Notes under the pieces: generated by a model
The model's input: the letters and a program-made list of their open reading frames with translations, nothing else
Databases searched by the model: none
What the model was told of the DNA's origin: nothing
Program-made: the position numbers and the translations under genes
Shown here: positions 38,026 through 48,446 of the stretch, piece after piece
How the letters are laid out: every line of letters starts with the position of its first letter
Position numbering within the stretch: the first letter of the stretch is position 1
DNA from: Thermoanaerobaculia bacterium
GTDB taxonomy: Bacteria > Acidobacteriota > Thermoanaerobaculia > UBA5066
DNA: 53,974 nucleotides
Reading direction: 5' to 3'
Assembly: GCA_038245905.1 (NCBI GenBank)
Contig: JBBRRY010000027.1
Span: 1-53,974 of the forward strand

Positions 38026-40539
38026 CTACGACTTGGAGCTGCCGAGCACTTCGCGGACCTTGTTCGTCAACCCGAGGGGAGTGAAGGGCTTCTGGAGAAA
38101 CTCCACTCCGGCCTCGAGGAGCCCATGGTGCGCGATCGCATCGTCGGTGTAGCCCGACATATACAACACAAGGAGGTCGGGCCTCTGGCGGAGCAGCCGC
38201 TCCGCGAGCTCCGGACCCCTCACGCCCGGCATCACGACGTCGGTCAGGAGGAGGTGGATCGGTCCCGCGTGGCTGCCGGAAATCTGTTCGGCGTCGGCCG
38301 GGCCCTCCGCGAGAAGAACCGTATAGCCGGCCTTTTGCAGGATGAGATTCGTCAGCTGCCGGATCGCCGCCTCGTCCTCGACGACGAGGATGGTCTCGAA
38401 CCCCGCGCGCAGCGCCGGGCGGACCCCCGAGCTCGGGCGCCGGACGGCGGCATCGCCGGCGACGCGCGGGAGATAGATCTTGAACGTCGTGCCCCGCCCC
38501 GGCTCGCTGTACACGCCGATCTCGCCGCCGCTCTGGTGCACGATTCCGTGAACGGTCGAGAGGCCGAGGCCGGTCCCCTTCCCCGCCTCTTTCGTCGTGA
38601 AGAAGGGCTCGAAGATGCGCTTCTGCGTCTCCGCGTCCATCCCCGTCCCGGTGTCGGAAATTGCAAGGAGTACGTAGCTCCCGGCCTCGACTTCGGCGTG
38701 CGTGTACGCAAACGCGCCGTCGAGCTCCACATTTGCGAGCTCGAGGATCAGGCTGCCGCCCTTCGGCATGGCGTCCCGAGCGTTGACGGCGAGGTTCATG
38801 ACGACCTGCTCCATCTGACCGCGGTCCGCCTTCACCCGTCCGAGGTTCGGAGGCACGACGACCTTCACCTTGATTTCCTCGCCAATGAGGCGTTCCACCA
38901 GGTTCGACAATCCGTTGACCACCTCGCCCAGATCGAGGACCTCGGGGATCAGCGTCTGTCTGCGGCTGAAGGCGAGGAGCTGCCGGGTCAGCGTGGCGGC
39001 CCTCTCGCCCGCCCGCTGAACTTCCTCCGCCGCCTCGCGCAAGGGACCCGGCTCGAGCCCTTGAAGTAGAACCTCGCCGTAGCCGAACATGACCGTGAGG
39101 AGATTGTTGAAGTCGTGCGCCACGCCGCCCGCGAGTCGCCCGACCGCCTCCATCTTCTGGGACTGCCGGAATTGCTCCTCCAGGCGGCGCTTGTCGGTGA
39201 TGTCGATGGAAATGCCAACGGCGCGTGCAGCGCCATGCTCACCAAGGGAGACATGTCCGATGTTGTTCATCGTGTGCACGGTGCCGTCCGGGCGAATCGC
39301 CCGGTGTTCCACCGAGAAGTCGCCGCCGGACTTCAGCACATTCTCGACCGCCGCTCGGACCAGGCTCCGATCGTCGGGATGGATGCGCTCGACGAACGCC
39401 TCGAACGTCCCCGCAAAGGTCCCCGGCTGCAGACCGTATTGAGCCTCGAGGATTTCGGACCATTGGGCAGCGCCGGTGCCGAAGTCCATGTCCCAGATGC
39501 CGACGTTTGCGCTGCGCAGGGTGAATCCGATGCGCTCCTCGCTCTCCCGAAGGAGACCGACCGCGTCCCGCAGCTGCTGTTCCGTGCGCTTGCGGTCCGT
39601 GACGTCGATGAACATCAGGATGCGCACCGGCTCGCCGACGTCTCGCAAAGCGATCGACTCCATAGACAGGAGCACGTCCCGGGTTTCCCCGGACTTGCGG
39701 CGGAACGTGGCCTCGAAGCCGATCGCGCGCCCGTCGGCGCTCATGACGTCGACAAGGCGCTGCCGATCCGCGGGATCGGCCCACAATCCCAGGTCCTCCG
39801 CGTTGTGGCCGACAAGCTCCGCACGCGAATACCCGGAGAACTCGGTGGACCGCCCGTTCACCTCGAGGATGTCGCCGTTCGAAGTCGTGATCGCGATCGG
39901 GATGGGGCTGGCCTCGAACACGCGCGCAAACCGCTCTTCCGTGCTCCGGCGCGCTTCCTCCAGCCTGCGTTTTTCGGTGATGTCCGTCCCCATCACGAGA
40001 GAGCCGGCGAAGGTGCCGTCCGAGCCCATTACGGGACTTGCATTGACGCTCGCCCAGAGGGTCGTGCCGTCCTTCCTCAGGAGCTCCATCTCACGACGCT
40101 CCGCGACGCCCTGCCGGCGCCGCTCGAAACCCCGCCGGGCTTCGGCGCGCGCGGACGGGGCCAGGAAGTCCTCGGCGGAACGCCCGATCATCTCCGGTAC
40201 GGTGTAGTCGAGCATCGACGCCACCCGCTCGTTCGCGAAAGTGGTCACCATGTTCGCGTCGGCCGTCCAGATGCCCTCGTCGGTCGTCGTCACGATCGTC
40301 CGGTACCGCTCTTCGCTCTCGCGGAGCGCCGCCTGGGCCGCTCGGAGAAGAAGCGCCCCGCCTCCCGAGCGGTCGACGATGGCATCGACCTGGCCAGACC
40401 GAAGCGCTTCGCTCGCGGACTGCTCCTCGGAGAGGCGATGCCGCATCTCCTCGATCTCCCGCTCCAGCTCCACGATCCTCGCGCGGAGAGACTCGTTCTC
40501 TTTCTGAAAATCCGCGGGCGAGGAGCGCTGCGGCGTCAC
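38026..40539 (-). CDS. Hybrid histidine kinase (coiled coil, 3 PAS, HisKA, HATPase, receiver)
   Basis: [59 protein letters not shown]. Confidence 0.95.
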   Translation of the reverse strand: MTPQRSSPADFQKENESLRARIVELEREIEEMRHRLSEEQSASEALRSGQVDAIVDRSGGGALLLRAAQAALRESEERYRTIVTTTDEGIWTADANMVTTFANERVASMLDYTVPEMIGRSAEDFLAPSARAEARRGFERRRQGVAERREMELLRKDGTTLWASVNASPVMGSDGTFAGSLVMGTDITEKRRLEEARRSTEERFARVFEASPIPIAITTSNGDILEVNGRSTEFSGYSRAELVGHNAEDLGLWADPADRQRLVDVMSADGRAIGFEATFRRKSGETRDVLLSMESIALRDVGEPVRILMFIDVTDRKRTEQQLRDAVGLLRESEERIGFTLRSANVGIWDMDFGTGAAQWSEILEAQYGLQPGTFAGTFEAFVERIHPDDRSLVRAAVENVLKSGGDFSVEHRAIRPDGTVHTMNNIGHVSLGEHGAARAVGISIDITDKRRLEEQFRQSQKMEAVGRLAGGVAHDFNNLLTVMFGYGEVLLQGLEPGPLREAAEEVQRAGERAATLTRQLLAFSRRQTLIPEVLDLGEVVNGLSNLVERLIGEEIKVKVVVPPNLGRVKADRGQMEQVVMNLAVNARDAMPKGGSLILELANVELDGAFAYTHAEVEAGSYVLLAISDTGTGMDAETQKRIFEPFFTTKEAGKGTGLGLSTVHGIVHQSGGEIGVYSEPGRGTTFKIYLPRVAGDAAVRRPSSGVRPALRAGFETILVVEDEAAIRQLTNLILQKAGYTVLLAEGPADAEQISGSHAGPIHLLLTDVVMPGVRGPELAERLLRQRPDLLVLYMSGYTDDAIAHHGLLEAGVEFLQKPFTPLGLTNKVREVLGSSKS

Positions 40540-40853
40540 GGCACGACGCCCAGGGCGAGGAGCACCGCCCCATGGTTGCTCAGGTTTCCGACGACGCGCC
40601 GAACGGGAAGCGGAGCGAGGCGCACGAGCGTGGGCGAGAGGAGGACGCCGTCCGCAATCCCGCGCAGGGGCTCCTTGAGGAGATCGACGATCGTGATCTC
40701 CACCGATTGACCCGAGGCTTCACCGCCCGGAAACAGGATTTCGAGGTTGCGGATCGCGGCGAGGGAATTCGGAGCCTCGCCCACGATGTAGAGCCGGAGC
40801 AACAGACGCTCACGGGCTTCGGGCACCGGCTTCGCGGGATTCTGCCTGCTCAA
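40536..40853 (-). CDS. kaiB: KaiB-like circadian clock protein
   Basis: LRLYIVGEAPNSLAAIRNL...VDLLKEP...SPTLVR..PLPVRRVVGNLS. Confidence 0.9.
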   Translation of the reverse strand: MSRQNPAKPVPEARERLLLRLYIVGEAPNSLAAIRNLEILFPGGEASGQSVEITIVDLLKEPLRGIADGVLLSPTLVRLAPLPVRRVVGNLSNHGAVLLALGVVP

Positions 40854-42574
40854 GTCTTGCGCCGAGGCGGCCGCGCGGGGGCGCTTCCCTTCCCGGTCGA
40901 GCGCCCTCGCCGCATTCTGCGGATCTCACCCGCATGCATCGCTCGGGTTCCGACGTCGCCGGCCCTCTCCCCTCTCATCCGCTTCAGGTCCTGCTCCCTG
41001 TCGTCCCGTTCCTGGCGAAGCGCTTCCAGGCGGGACGTGAGATCGGCGACGGATTCCTCCGTGAGCCGCCGCTTCTCCTCGAGCGCGCGCGCGTCCTTCA
41101 GCCGGGCGGCCCGCTCCTGCTCCTCACGCTCCATGCGAAGCGTCCCCATGAGGACCGCGCCACCCGCCGTGTAGACGTCGGTCAGGTGGAGCCCACGCTT
41201 CGAGAGCAGCAGCTCGCGCACCTGGTTGGAGTGCGCCATTCCCCGCGACTTAATGATCGTGAGCCCGCGGTTCCGCTCCCCTCCCTGGATCGCGTAGGAC
41301 AAGTGGATCCACGAATCAGCGATCGTGGAGACGCTCGCGGACGAGGCCTCGCGAAGGCCGTCGAATCCCTCGAGAAGGCTCGTCAGCACGGTCGTGATGT
41401 TGAGTCTCCTCTCGAGCGCCATGAAGCGGTCGAGGTTGCCTCGAGGCTGGGTGCGGCCCCCGTTGTTCGTGAGCGCAGAGAGCGGGTCGATGACGAGGCA
41501 ACGGCTCCGGTGCGCATCGAGCAGCGACCGGATCTGCATGAGGTGCTCCTCGGCCGGTCGCGCGCCCGCGTGCGCCGAATACATCCGGAGCCGGCCGGAC
41601 TCGAGGTGGCGGTCGAGATGAATTCCGACGGAGTGGAGGTTTCGGACCACTTGGGCCGATCCCTCGTCGAAGCTCACGAAGAGAGTGTTCTCCTTGCGGC
41701 GGCAGGCGGCGTCGGCGAACGCTCCCGCGAGAATCGATTTCGCGGTGCCGGGGGCTCCCGAGATCAGCACGCACGTGCCCCGGAAATAGCCGCCCCCGAG
41801 CATCGCATCGAGGTCGGGGACACCGCTCGAAACGCGTTCCGGGGAGACCTTGTGATCGAGCGAGTCCGAGGCGAATCCCGCGACCTCGATGCCCCGGGAG
41901 GTCACCACGATGGGAACCTCGTTGCACGAGGCTTTCCCGCCCCGGTACTTGAGGATCTGGAGATACCGGCTCGCGACGGTATTCACGAGGCGGTGCTGGA
42001 GGAGAACCACGCAGTCCGCCAGATACTGGAGGAATCCGTAGCGCGGCGAGAGCGTGGGGTCGGCCTGTCCGATTTTCGATGTGATGATTCCCGTGAGGCC
42101 GCTTTCGTAAAGCCATTGGTGCAGCCGGAGAAGCTCGACGCGCTCGGCCGCGGGATCGTCGAGCTGCGCGAGCAGCATGTCGATGCCGTCGAACACGATC
42201 CGGCGCGCGCCAAGCTCCTTTGCCTTGGCCGAAAGGCCCGCGAGGAGGCCCGCGAGGTCGAACGCGCCCCCCTGAACGGTCGCGGTGTCGAGATGGGCAT
42301 CGAGGAGGAACAACCGATCCTTCTGAAGCCGGCGAAGATCCCAGCCGAAGGCGCTCGCGTTCGCGACGATCTCCCGAGAGCGCTCCTCGAAGGCCACGAA
42401 GATGCCTGGCTCATTCGCCCGCCGCGCGCCCTCCACGAGAATCTGAAGCGCCAGAATCGTCTTCCCGCAACCCGGTCCGCCGACGAAGAGCGTCGTGCGC
42501 CCGCGCGGCAGCCCGCCGTCGGTCAGCGTGTCGAGACCCGGCACGAAGGTCTGAAGGCGGTTTGAAACCTTCAT
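40850..42574 (-). CDS. kaiC: Circadian clock protein KaiC (double RecA domain)
   Basis: Walker A GGPGCGKT and GAPGTAKS, VAFEE, KYRG, VSTIADSW (ST phosphosite position), IKSRGMAHSNQVRE, C-terminal coiled coil. Confidence 0.95.
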   Translation of the reverse strand: MKVSNRLQTFVPGLDTLTDGGLPRGRTTLFVGGPGCGKTILALQILVEGARRANEPGIFVAFEERSREIVANASAFGWDLRRLQKDRLFLLDAHLDTATVQGGAFDLAGLLAGLSAKAKELGARRIVFDGIDMLLAQLDDPAAERVELLRLHQWLYESGLTGIITSKIGQADPTLSPRYGFLQYLADCVVLLQHRLVNTVASRYLQILKYRGGKASCNEVPIVVTSRGIEVAGFASDSLDHKVSPERVSSGVPDLDAMLGGGYFRGTCVLISGAPGTAKSILAGAFADAACRRKENTLFVSFDEGSAQVVRNLHSVGIHLDRHLESGRLRMYSAHAGARPAEEHLMQIRSLLDAHRSRCLVIDPLSALTNNGGRTQPRGNLDRFMALERRLNITTVLTSLLEGFDGLREASSASVSTIADSWIHLSYAIQGGERNRGLTIIKSRGMAHSNQVRELLLSKRGLHLTDVYTAGGAVLMGTLRMEREEQERAARLKDARALEEKRRLTEESVADLTSRLEALRQERDDREQDLKRMRGERAGDVGTRAMHAGEIRRMRRGRSTGKGSAPARPPRRKT

Positions 42575-42615
42575 AACCCAACGATACGCCTATCGTTCCA
42601 AAAGGAGTGTCGCGC

Positions 42616-42644
42616 TTGACTCGCGAAGCCCGAGCCGCTATGGT
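42616..42644 (+). promoter_or_regulatory. Sigma-70 promoter of tRNA-fMet
   Basis: TTGACT-N17-TATGGT, 12 bp upstream of the tRNA. Confidence 0.72.
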
Positions 42645-42656
42645 CCCCCTCCCTGA

Positions 42657-42733
<77 letters not shown>

Positions 42734-42741
42734 ATGAAATG

Positions 42742-42775
42742 AACGGGTTAGCTCATCCGGGCTAACCCGTTTTTC
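42742..42775 (+). terminator. Rho-independent terminator
   Basis: AACGGGTTAGC-loop-GCTAACCCGTT followed by a T tract. Confidence 0.85.
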
Positions 42776-42790
42776 TTTCCCGGACAGCCG

Positions 42791-43735
42791 TCACGGGACG
42801 ACGTGCGTACCCGCCTTCCCGGCGAGGGCGAGGCCGACGTGGGCCGGGTCCGTGATGATCGCCTCGCGGCCGCCTCCCTCGAGGAACGCGATCACGGCCT
42901 CGATCTTCGGACGCATGCTCCCCGGTTTGAAGTGGCCCTCGGCCAGATAGCGCCGCGCCTCGGCGACCGTCATCCGGTCGATGTCCTTCTGCTGCGGCGT
43001 CCCGAAGCCAAGACAGACCTTCTCGACACCGGTCGAAACGACGAATAGCTCGGCACCCAGCTCGCGCGCGAGGAGGCTCGACGCGTGGTCCTTGTCGATG
43101 ACCGCGGCCGCGCCGCGAATCTTTCCCTCGGCGTCTTCCACCACGGCGATCCCGCCTCCGCCCGCCGCGACGACGACGAAGCCGGCGTCGAGGAGGCTCT
43201 TCACCGCGCCGAGCTGGAGAATCGTCTTCGGCGCGGGCGAGGCGACGACGCGCCGCCAGCCGCGGCCCGCGTCCTCGACCATGTCCCACCCGTCCGCCGC
43301 GCGGTGGAGATCCGCCTGCTCCTTCGAGAAGAACGACCCGATGGGCTTGTCCGGCTTTGCGAATGCGGGATCGGCCCGGTCCACAAGACACAGCGTCACC
43401 ACCGTGGCCGCGGCCTTCTCGATGCCGAGGCGCCGGAACTCGTTGAAGAGCGCGAGCTGGATGTGGTACCCGAGCGCCCCCTGTGTGTCCGCCACGCAAG
43501 AGTCGAGCGGCACCTGGTGGAGCTCCTTCGCCGCGAGCTCGGACCGGCGCAGGATGAAGCCAACCTGCGGACCGTTTCCGTGCGTGATCACGAGCCGGAG
43601 GTCGGGGTCCCGGAGGAGCGGCGCGATGTGGCGGCACGTCTCGGAGCACGCCTGGTACTGGTCCGGGACGCGCTGGTGCTCCTTGTCCGTGATGAGCGAG
43701 TTCCCGCCGATGGCGATGACGGCCGTCCTTTTCAC
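42791..43735 (-). CDS. arcC: Carbamate kinase
   Basis: AIGGNSL, THGNGPQVG, KPIG, EDAGRGWRRVVASP, AVIDKD, GSMRPK; SD and GTG 43735. Confidence 0.94.
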   Translation of the reverse strand: MKRTAVIAIGGNSLITDKEHQRVPDQYQACSETCRHIAPLLRDPDLRLVITHGNGPQVGFILRRSELAAKELHQVPLDSCVADTQGALGYHIQLALFNEFRRLGIEKAAATVVTLCLVDRADPAFAKPDKPIGSFFSKEQADLHRAADGWDMVEDAGRGWRRVVASPAPKTILQLGAVKSLLDAGFVVVAAGGGGIAVVEDAEGKIRGAAAVIDKDHASSLLARELGAELFVVSTGVEKVCLGFGTPQQKDIDRMTVAEARRYLAEGHFKPGSMRPKIEAVIAFLEGGGREAIITDPAHVGLALAGKAGTHVVP

Positions 43736-43827
43736 GCGAGCCTCCCTCCGGTGGTGCACCCGAGGATGGCAGTCCGAAGCCCGGGCCGACAAGCGAAGAA
43801 ACGGCGATTCCGTATCCTCGGACAATC

Positions 43828-45021
43828 GTGAGCCCCGATCGCACCGTCTCCTCCGCTCCCGCGGAGCTCGCCCCGCAGGACGCCGTCCTCCGTTTCCTCG
43901 AGAGCACGGGACGCCCGTCCGAGGCGCGGCTTTACCTCGAGATGTTCCGCGCGCGGCCGCGGGAGCAGTTCGCGGCCATCGCGATCGACGCGAACGTCAT
44001 GGCCGGCGCGGCGGACGCCGTCGTGCAGGACCTGCGGTTTCTCGCCGCGCTCGACCTCTTCCCGACCGTCGTCCTCGGAATTTTCCAGCCTTCCGACGCG
44101 GCCGCGAACGCCCGCGTCCTCACCCGCCACCTCGAGGCCGAGGGAGTCGGCGTCGAGGTGCTGTCCGCGGCGGAATTCGGGCTGGCCGCGCGCGTGACGG
44201 CCGCAGCCGCGGCGGGCCGCGTGCCCGTGCACGTGTTCGAGCCGGCGGCGAACGAGCAGGCGGGCGACCGGCTCGAGCGGCTGGGCGGGCTCCTCGAGGA
44301 GCTTCAGACGCGGAAGCTCCTCTTTCTCCACCGCCCCGGCGGCCTCCGCCAGCAAGGCGTCCTTGTCCCGATCGTGAACCTCACGACCGACGTCCCCGCG
44401 CTCGTCGCGAGCAAGGAGATTTCGCGCAAGGAAGCTCTCATCCTCGAGCACGCGCGCCGGCTCTGCGAGAAGACGGCGTCGTCCTCCTTCACGGTCGCGG
44501 TCACGTCTCCGCTCAACGTCCTCCGCGAGCTGTTCACGGTGAAGGGCGCGGGAACCCTTCTCCGCCGCGGCGCTCGCATCGTGCGCCGGGAGGGCTGGGA
44601 CGGCGTCGACGTCGGGCGCCTGCGCGACCTCCTCGCGTCGAGCTTCGGACGCGCCCCGAGCGAGGCGTTCTTCCGGACGACGCCGAGCCGCGTGTACCTC
44701 GAGGAGAACTACCGCGGCTGCGCGATCCTCGTGGAGACGCCGCTCGGCGCGTATCTCACGAAGTTCGCGGTCTCGGCCGAGGCGCAGGGCGAAGGCATGG
44801 CGCGCGACCTGTGGGAGGCGCTCGCGGCGGACAACCCGGTCGTCTTCTGGCGCGCGCGGCGGGCGAACCCGATCAGCGAGTGGTACGTCAAGCTCTGCGA
44901 CGGGCTCGCGCGGCTGCCGGACTGGACCGTTTACTGGAAGGGCGTCGCAGTCGATGCGATCCCCAAGGCGATCGACTGGGCGGTGAAGCAGCCGGTCGAC
45001 ATCCCGCGCCCCGGGGACTGA
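43828..45021 (+). CDS. AAK-like plus DUF619/NAT protein (N-acetylglutamate synthase-like)
   Basis: ELFTVKGAGT, YLTKFAV..EAQGEG.ARDLW, FWRAR..NP...WY...CDG. Confidence 0.82.
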   Translation: MSPDRTVSSAPAELAPQDAVLRFLESTGRPSEARLYLEMFRARPREQFAAIAIDANVMAGAADAVVQDLRFLAALDLFPTVVLGIFQPSDAAANARVLTRHLEAEGVGVEVLSAAEFGLAARVTAAAAAGRVPVHVFEPAANEQAGDRLERLGGLLEELQTRKLLFLHRPGGLRQQGVLVPIVNLTTDVPALVASKEISRKEALILEHARRLCEKTASSSFTVAVTSPLNVLRELFTVKGAGTLLRRGARIVRREGWDGVDVGRLRDLLASSFGRAPSEAFFRTTPSRVYLEENYRGCAILVETPLGAYLTKFAVSAEAQGEGMARDLWEALAADNPVVFWRARRANPISEWYVKLCDGLARLPDWTVYWKGVAVDAIPKAIDWAVKQPVDIPRPGD

Positions 45022-45255
45022 CGCAACGGAACGTCGATCCCGGCCGCGTCAGTCGACGGGGAGGCACGCCACCGGAGCCGCGATCGCGACGTGCCACGTC
45101 TGGAGCGTGATCGGCGCGATGCCCGCACGGCCGACCGGTAGACGCCGCCGGACCCGCCCGCCCCCGCGCCGCCCGGCGGCTAACTCCGCCTGGTTCATCC
45201 GCATCAAAGCCCGTCTCCCAGCGGTCGGGTAACTTCCACACTGGAGGAAACTCCC

Positions 45256-46914
45256 ATGCCGGCGAAGAAGAAGACCGCCCCGAAATCTAGCGCGAAAAAC
45301 GCCTTCGTCTGGGCCGATCCGTTCCAGCACGGGAAGGACGAGACGAAATACCGCCTCGTCGCAGGGCCCAGGGGCTTCGTGAAGAAGGCGAAGTTCGCCG
45401 GCAAGCCCGTCCTTGTCGTGGACCCGAAGGCGCTCACCGTCCTCGCGCACGAGGCGATGCGGGACGTCTCGTTCCTCCTCCGCCCGAAGCACCAGCAGCA
45501 GGTCGCGTCCATTCTCCAGGATCCCGAGGCTTCTCCGAACGACAAGTTCATGGCGACAACGCTCCTGCGCAACGCGGTCGTCTCCTCGAAGTTCGAGCTG
45601 CCGTTCTGCCAGGACACGGGCACCGCAACCGTCGTCGCGTGGAAGGGCCAACGCGTGTGGACGGGCGACGACGATGCCGCGCGTATCTCGAAGGGCATCT
45701 GGCAGACGTACACCGAGGAGAACCTCCGCTACTCGCAGACGGCCGCGCTCACGATGTACGACGAGGTGAACACGGGGAACAACCTCCCCGCGCAGATCGA
45801 CCTGTACGCCACGAAGGGCGACGCGTACAAGTTCCTCTTCGTGGCGAAGGGAGGCGGCTCGGCGAACAAGAGCTACCTCTTCCAGGAGACGAAGGCGCTC
45901 CTGAACCCCGACACGCTCGTGCCCTGGCTCGTCGAGAAGATGAAGTCGCTTGGCACGGCCGCGTGCCCGCCGTACCACATCGTCTTCGTCGTCGGCGGGA
46001 CCTCGGCCGAGGCCTGCTTGAAGACGGTCAAGCTCGCCTCGACGGGCTACTACGACGCCCTCCCGAAGACGGGAGACAAGTTCGGCCGCGCGTTCCGCGA
46101 CTCCGCACTCGAAAAGACGCTCCTCGAAAGGGCGCAGGGTCTCGGCTTCGGCGCACAGTTCGGCGGAAAATACTTCGCGCACGACGTGCGCGTGATCCGC
46201 CTCCCGCGCCACGGTGCGTCCTGCCCGGTCGGAATGGGCGTCTCGTGCTCGGCCGACCGCAACGTCTTCGCGAAGATCGACGCGAAGGGCCTCTGGCTCG
46301 AGGAGCTCGAGCGCCACCCCGAAGCTCTCCTCCCCGTCCACACGGGCGCGAAGGAGCACACCGGGATCGTGAAGATCGACCTGAACAAGCCGATGAAGGA
46401 AATCCTCGCGGAGCTCTCGAAGCATCCGGTGTCGACGCCTCTCGCCCTCACGGGGCGCCTCGTCGTCGGGCGCGACATCGCGCACGCGAAACTCAAGGAG
46501 CGCCTCGACAAGGGTCAGGACCTCCCGCAGTACTTCAAGGACCACCCCGTCTACTACGCGGGGCCCGCGAAAACGCCGAAGGGAAAACCATCGGGCTCCT
46601 TCGGGCCGACGACGGCCGGACGCATGGACTCCTATGTCGACCTCTTCCAGTCGAAGGGCGGCTCGATGGTCATGATCGCGAAGGGCAACCGCAGCCCGAA
46701 GGTGACCGAGGCGTGCCAGAAGTGGGGCGGCTTCTACCTCGGCTCGCCGGGCGGCCCGGCCGCGCTCCTCGCCGAGGAGAACATCAGGAAGGTCGAAGTC
46801 ATCGAGTACCCCGAGCTCGGCATGGAAGCCGTCTTTGCGATAGACGTCGTGGACTTCCCGGCCTTCATCCTCGTGGACGACAAAGGAAACGACTTCTTCC
46901 AGCGGATCAAGTAG
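45256..46914 (+). CDS. Class I (Fe-S) fumarate hydratase
   Basis: [39 protein letters not shown]. Confidence 0.96.
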   Translation: MPAKKKTAPKSSAKNAFVWADPFQHGKDETKYRLVAGPRGFVKKAKFAGKPVLVVDPKALTVLAHEAMRDVSFLLRPKHQQQVASILQDPEASPNDKFMATTLLRNAVVSSKFELPFCQDTGTATVVAWKGQRVWTGDDDAARISKGIWQTYTEENLRYSQTAALTMYDEVNTGNNLPAQIDLYATKGDAYKFLFVAKGGGSANKSYLFQETKALLNPDTLVPWLVEKMKSLGTAACPPYHIVFVVGGTSAEACLKTVKLASTGYYDALPKTGDKFGRAFRDSALEKTLLERAQGLGFGAQFGGKYFAHDVRVIRLPRHGASCPVGMGVSCSADRNVFAKIDAKGLWLEELERHPEALLPVHTGAKEHTGIVKIDLNKPMKEILAELSKHPVSTPLALTGRLVVGRDIAHAKLKERLDKGQDLPQYFKDHPVYYAGPAKTPKGKPSGSFGPTTAGRMDSYVDLFQSKGGSMVMIAKGNRSPKVTEACQKWGGFYLGSPGGPAALLAEENIRKVEVIEYPELGMEAVFAIDVVDFPAFILVDDKGNDFFQRIK

Positions 46915-47785
46915 GCAGGTGGCCCATGCGCCCGTGGCGGTAGTCCTCGATCGCCTGCCGAATCTCGCGTTCGGTGTTCATGACGAACGGCCCGTAACCG
47001 ACGACGGGCTCGTCGATCGGAGTTCCCGAAAGCAAGAGAACGGTTGAGTCGGCTCCGGCCTCGATCGAGAGCGTCTCGCCGTCGCGATCCAGGACCGCCA
47101 ATCCTCCCTCGTCGACATTCTTCGATCCGTTCACGCGTCCGCCGCCGCGAAGGAAGAGCAGCGCGGTGGACTGACCGGCCGGCACGTTGAGGTTCGCGGT
47201 CTTCCCGCCCTGGAGCCTCATGTCCCACAGCTCGATCGGCGTGAAGGTGCGCGCCGGGCCCTTCGCGTTCTCGAACGCGCCCGCGATCACCCGGACCGTT
47301 CCAGCTGAACCGGGAAGCTCGACGACCGGAGTCTTGCCGCCGACGACGTCCTGATAGCCGGGCGGAGACTTCTTGAACTTTGCGGGCAGATTCACCCAGA
47401 GCTGCACCATCTCGAGCGTGCCGCCGTGCTTCGTGAACTCGCGTCCGTGCATCTCCTCGTGGACGATGCCCGAGGCGGCAGTCATCCACTGGACGTCGCC
47501 CGACCCGATCCGGCCCTTGTGCCCAGCCGAGTCTCGGTGCTCGATCTCACCCTGATAGGCGATCGTCACCGTTTCGAAGCCGCGATGCGGGTGCTCGCCC
47601 ACGCCGCGCGGGACCGGGGCCGGCGAAAACTCCGCGGGCGCGGCGTAGTCGAGAAGGAGGAAAGGACTGAGGGTCGGAGCGGAGTCGTACGAGAACATCG
47701 ACGAGACGGGGAAGCCGTCGCCGACCCAGTGCCGGGGCGGCGCCTGTTCGATCCTGAGGAGCTTCTTGGAACGATTCAGGTTCAT
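46907..47785 (-). CDS. Pirin family protein
   Basis: [43 protein letters not shown]. Confidence 0.95.
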   Translation of the reverse strand: MNLNRSKKLLRIEQAPPRHWVGDGFPVSSMFSYDSAPTLSPFLLLDYAAPAEFSPAPVPRGVGEHPHRGFETVTIAYQGEIEHRDSAGHKGRIGSGDVQWMTAASGIVHEEMHGREFTKHGGTLEMVQLWVNLPAKFKKSPPGYQDVVGGKTPVVELPGSAGTVRVIAGAFENAKGPARTFTPIELWDMRLQGGKTANLNVPAGQSTALLFLRGGGRVNGSKNVDEGGLAVLDRDGETLSIEAGADSTVLLLSGTPIDEPVVGYGPFVMNTEREIRQAIEDYRHGRMGHLPT

Positions 47786-47815
47786 GGGGCAGTCCTTTCC
47801 GTTGTGGCCGTCCGA

Positions 47816-48325
47816 TCACACCGCGACAGGTGCCGCGGCAGGTTGGCGCCGGAGTGCGAGGTTCAGGGCGCCGCCGAGAATTCCGGCGACGAGGGCGGCC
47901 CAGCTCACCGGAGACGTCCAGAGCGGGGTGAGGCCGAGGAGCGCGTCGAGGGAGTAGAGGCCTGGGCCCGAGAGGGTGAGCGCCGCGGCGCCGATGCCGT
48001 AGAGCAGCGGGACTTCGATGCCGTTTGACACTGCGAAGAGCCCGTGCGGGGCGTGCACGCTGACCGCGGCCACGACCATGACCGAGACCATCAGGGCGGG
48101 GCCGACGGGGCCCAGGAGGCCCGCGGCCATCAGGAGGCCGCTCAGGATCTCACCGGCTCCGGCGGCGGCCGCGAAGAGCCGGCCGGGGCGGAACCCGAGT
48201 GATTCGAAGAACCCGCCGGTGCCCGCGAGGCCGTGCCCCCCGAACCATCCGAAGAGCTTCTGTGCGCCGTGAGCGGCCATGAGGAGTCCCAGTCCGAGGC
48301 GAAGAATGAGAAGTGCCGTGTTCAT
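47816..48325 (-). CDS. DoxX family membrane protein
   Basis: LILRLGLG..MAAHGAQKLFGWFGG.GL, NGIE, GPG.YSLD. Confidence 0.92.
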   Translation of the reverse strand: MNTALLILRLGLGLLMAAHGAQKLFGWFGGHGLAGTGGFFESLGFRPGRLFAAAAGAGEILSGLLMAAGLLGPVGPALMVSVMVVAAVSVHAPHGLFAVSNGIEVPLLYGIGAAALTLSGPGLYSLDALLGLTPLWTSPVSWAALVAGILGGALNLALRRQPAAAPVAV

Positions 48326-48372
48326 GTTGCGGGCTTCCTTTCCGGAGTTTCAAGAGTTTCGTCCGAACAAGT

Positions 48373-48407
48373 ACTATATAAAACATAGCGACTATCTGTC
48401 AAATAGT
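48373..48407. promoter_or_regulatory. doxX promoter with two tandem inverted-repeat operator boxes
   Basis: Minus-strand TTGACA(48402-48397)-N18-TATAGT(48378-48373), overlapped by ACTAT-N7-ATAGC and ACTAT-N7-ATAGT. Confidence 0.72.
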
Positions 48408-48446
48408 TACTTGTCGATGAGATCGTTCTCCGCTATCCTTCGTCTG

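Noticed and set aside
45022-45255. GC-rich intergenic stretch as a riboswitch or small ORF (45049..45204, minus)
   Set aside because: No recognisable RNA family motif, SD or protein similarity; an Rfam search would be needed.
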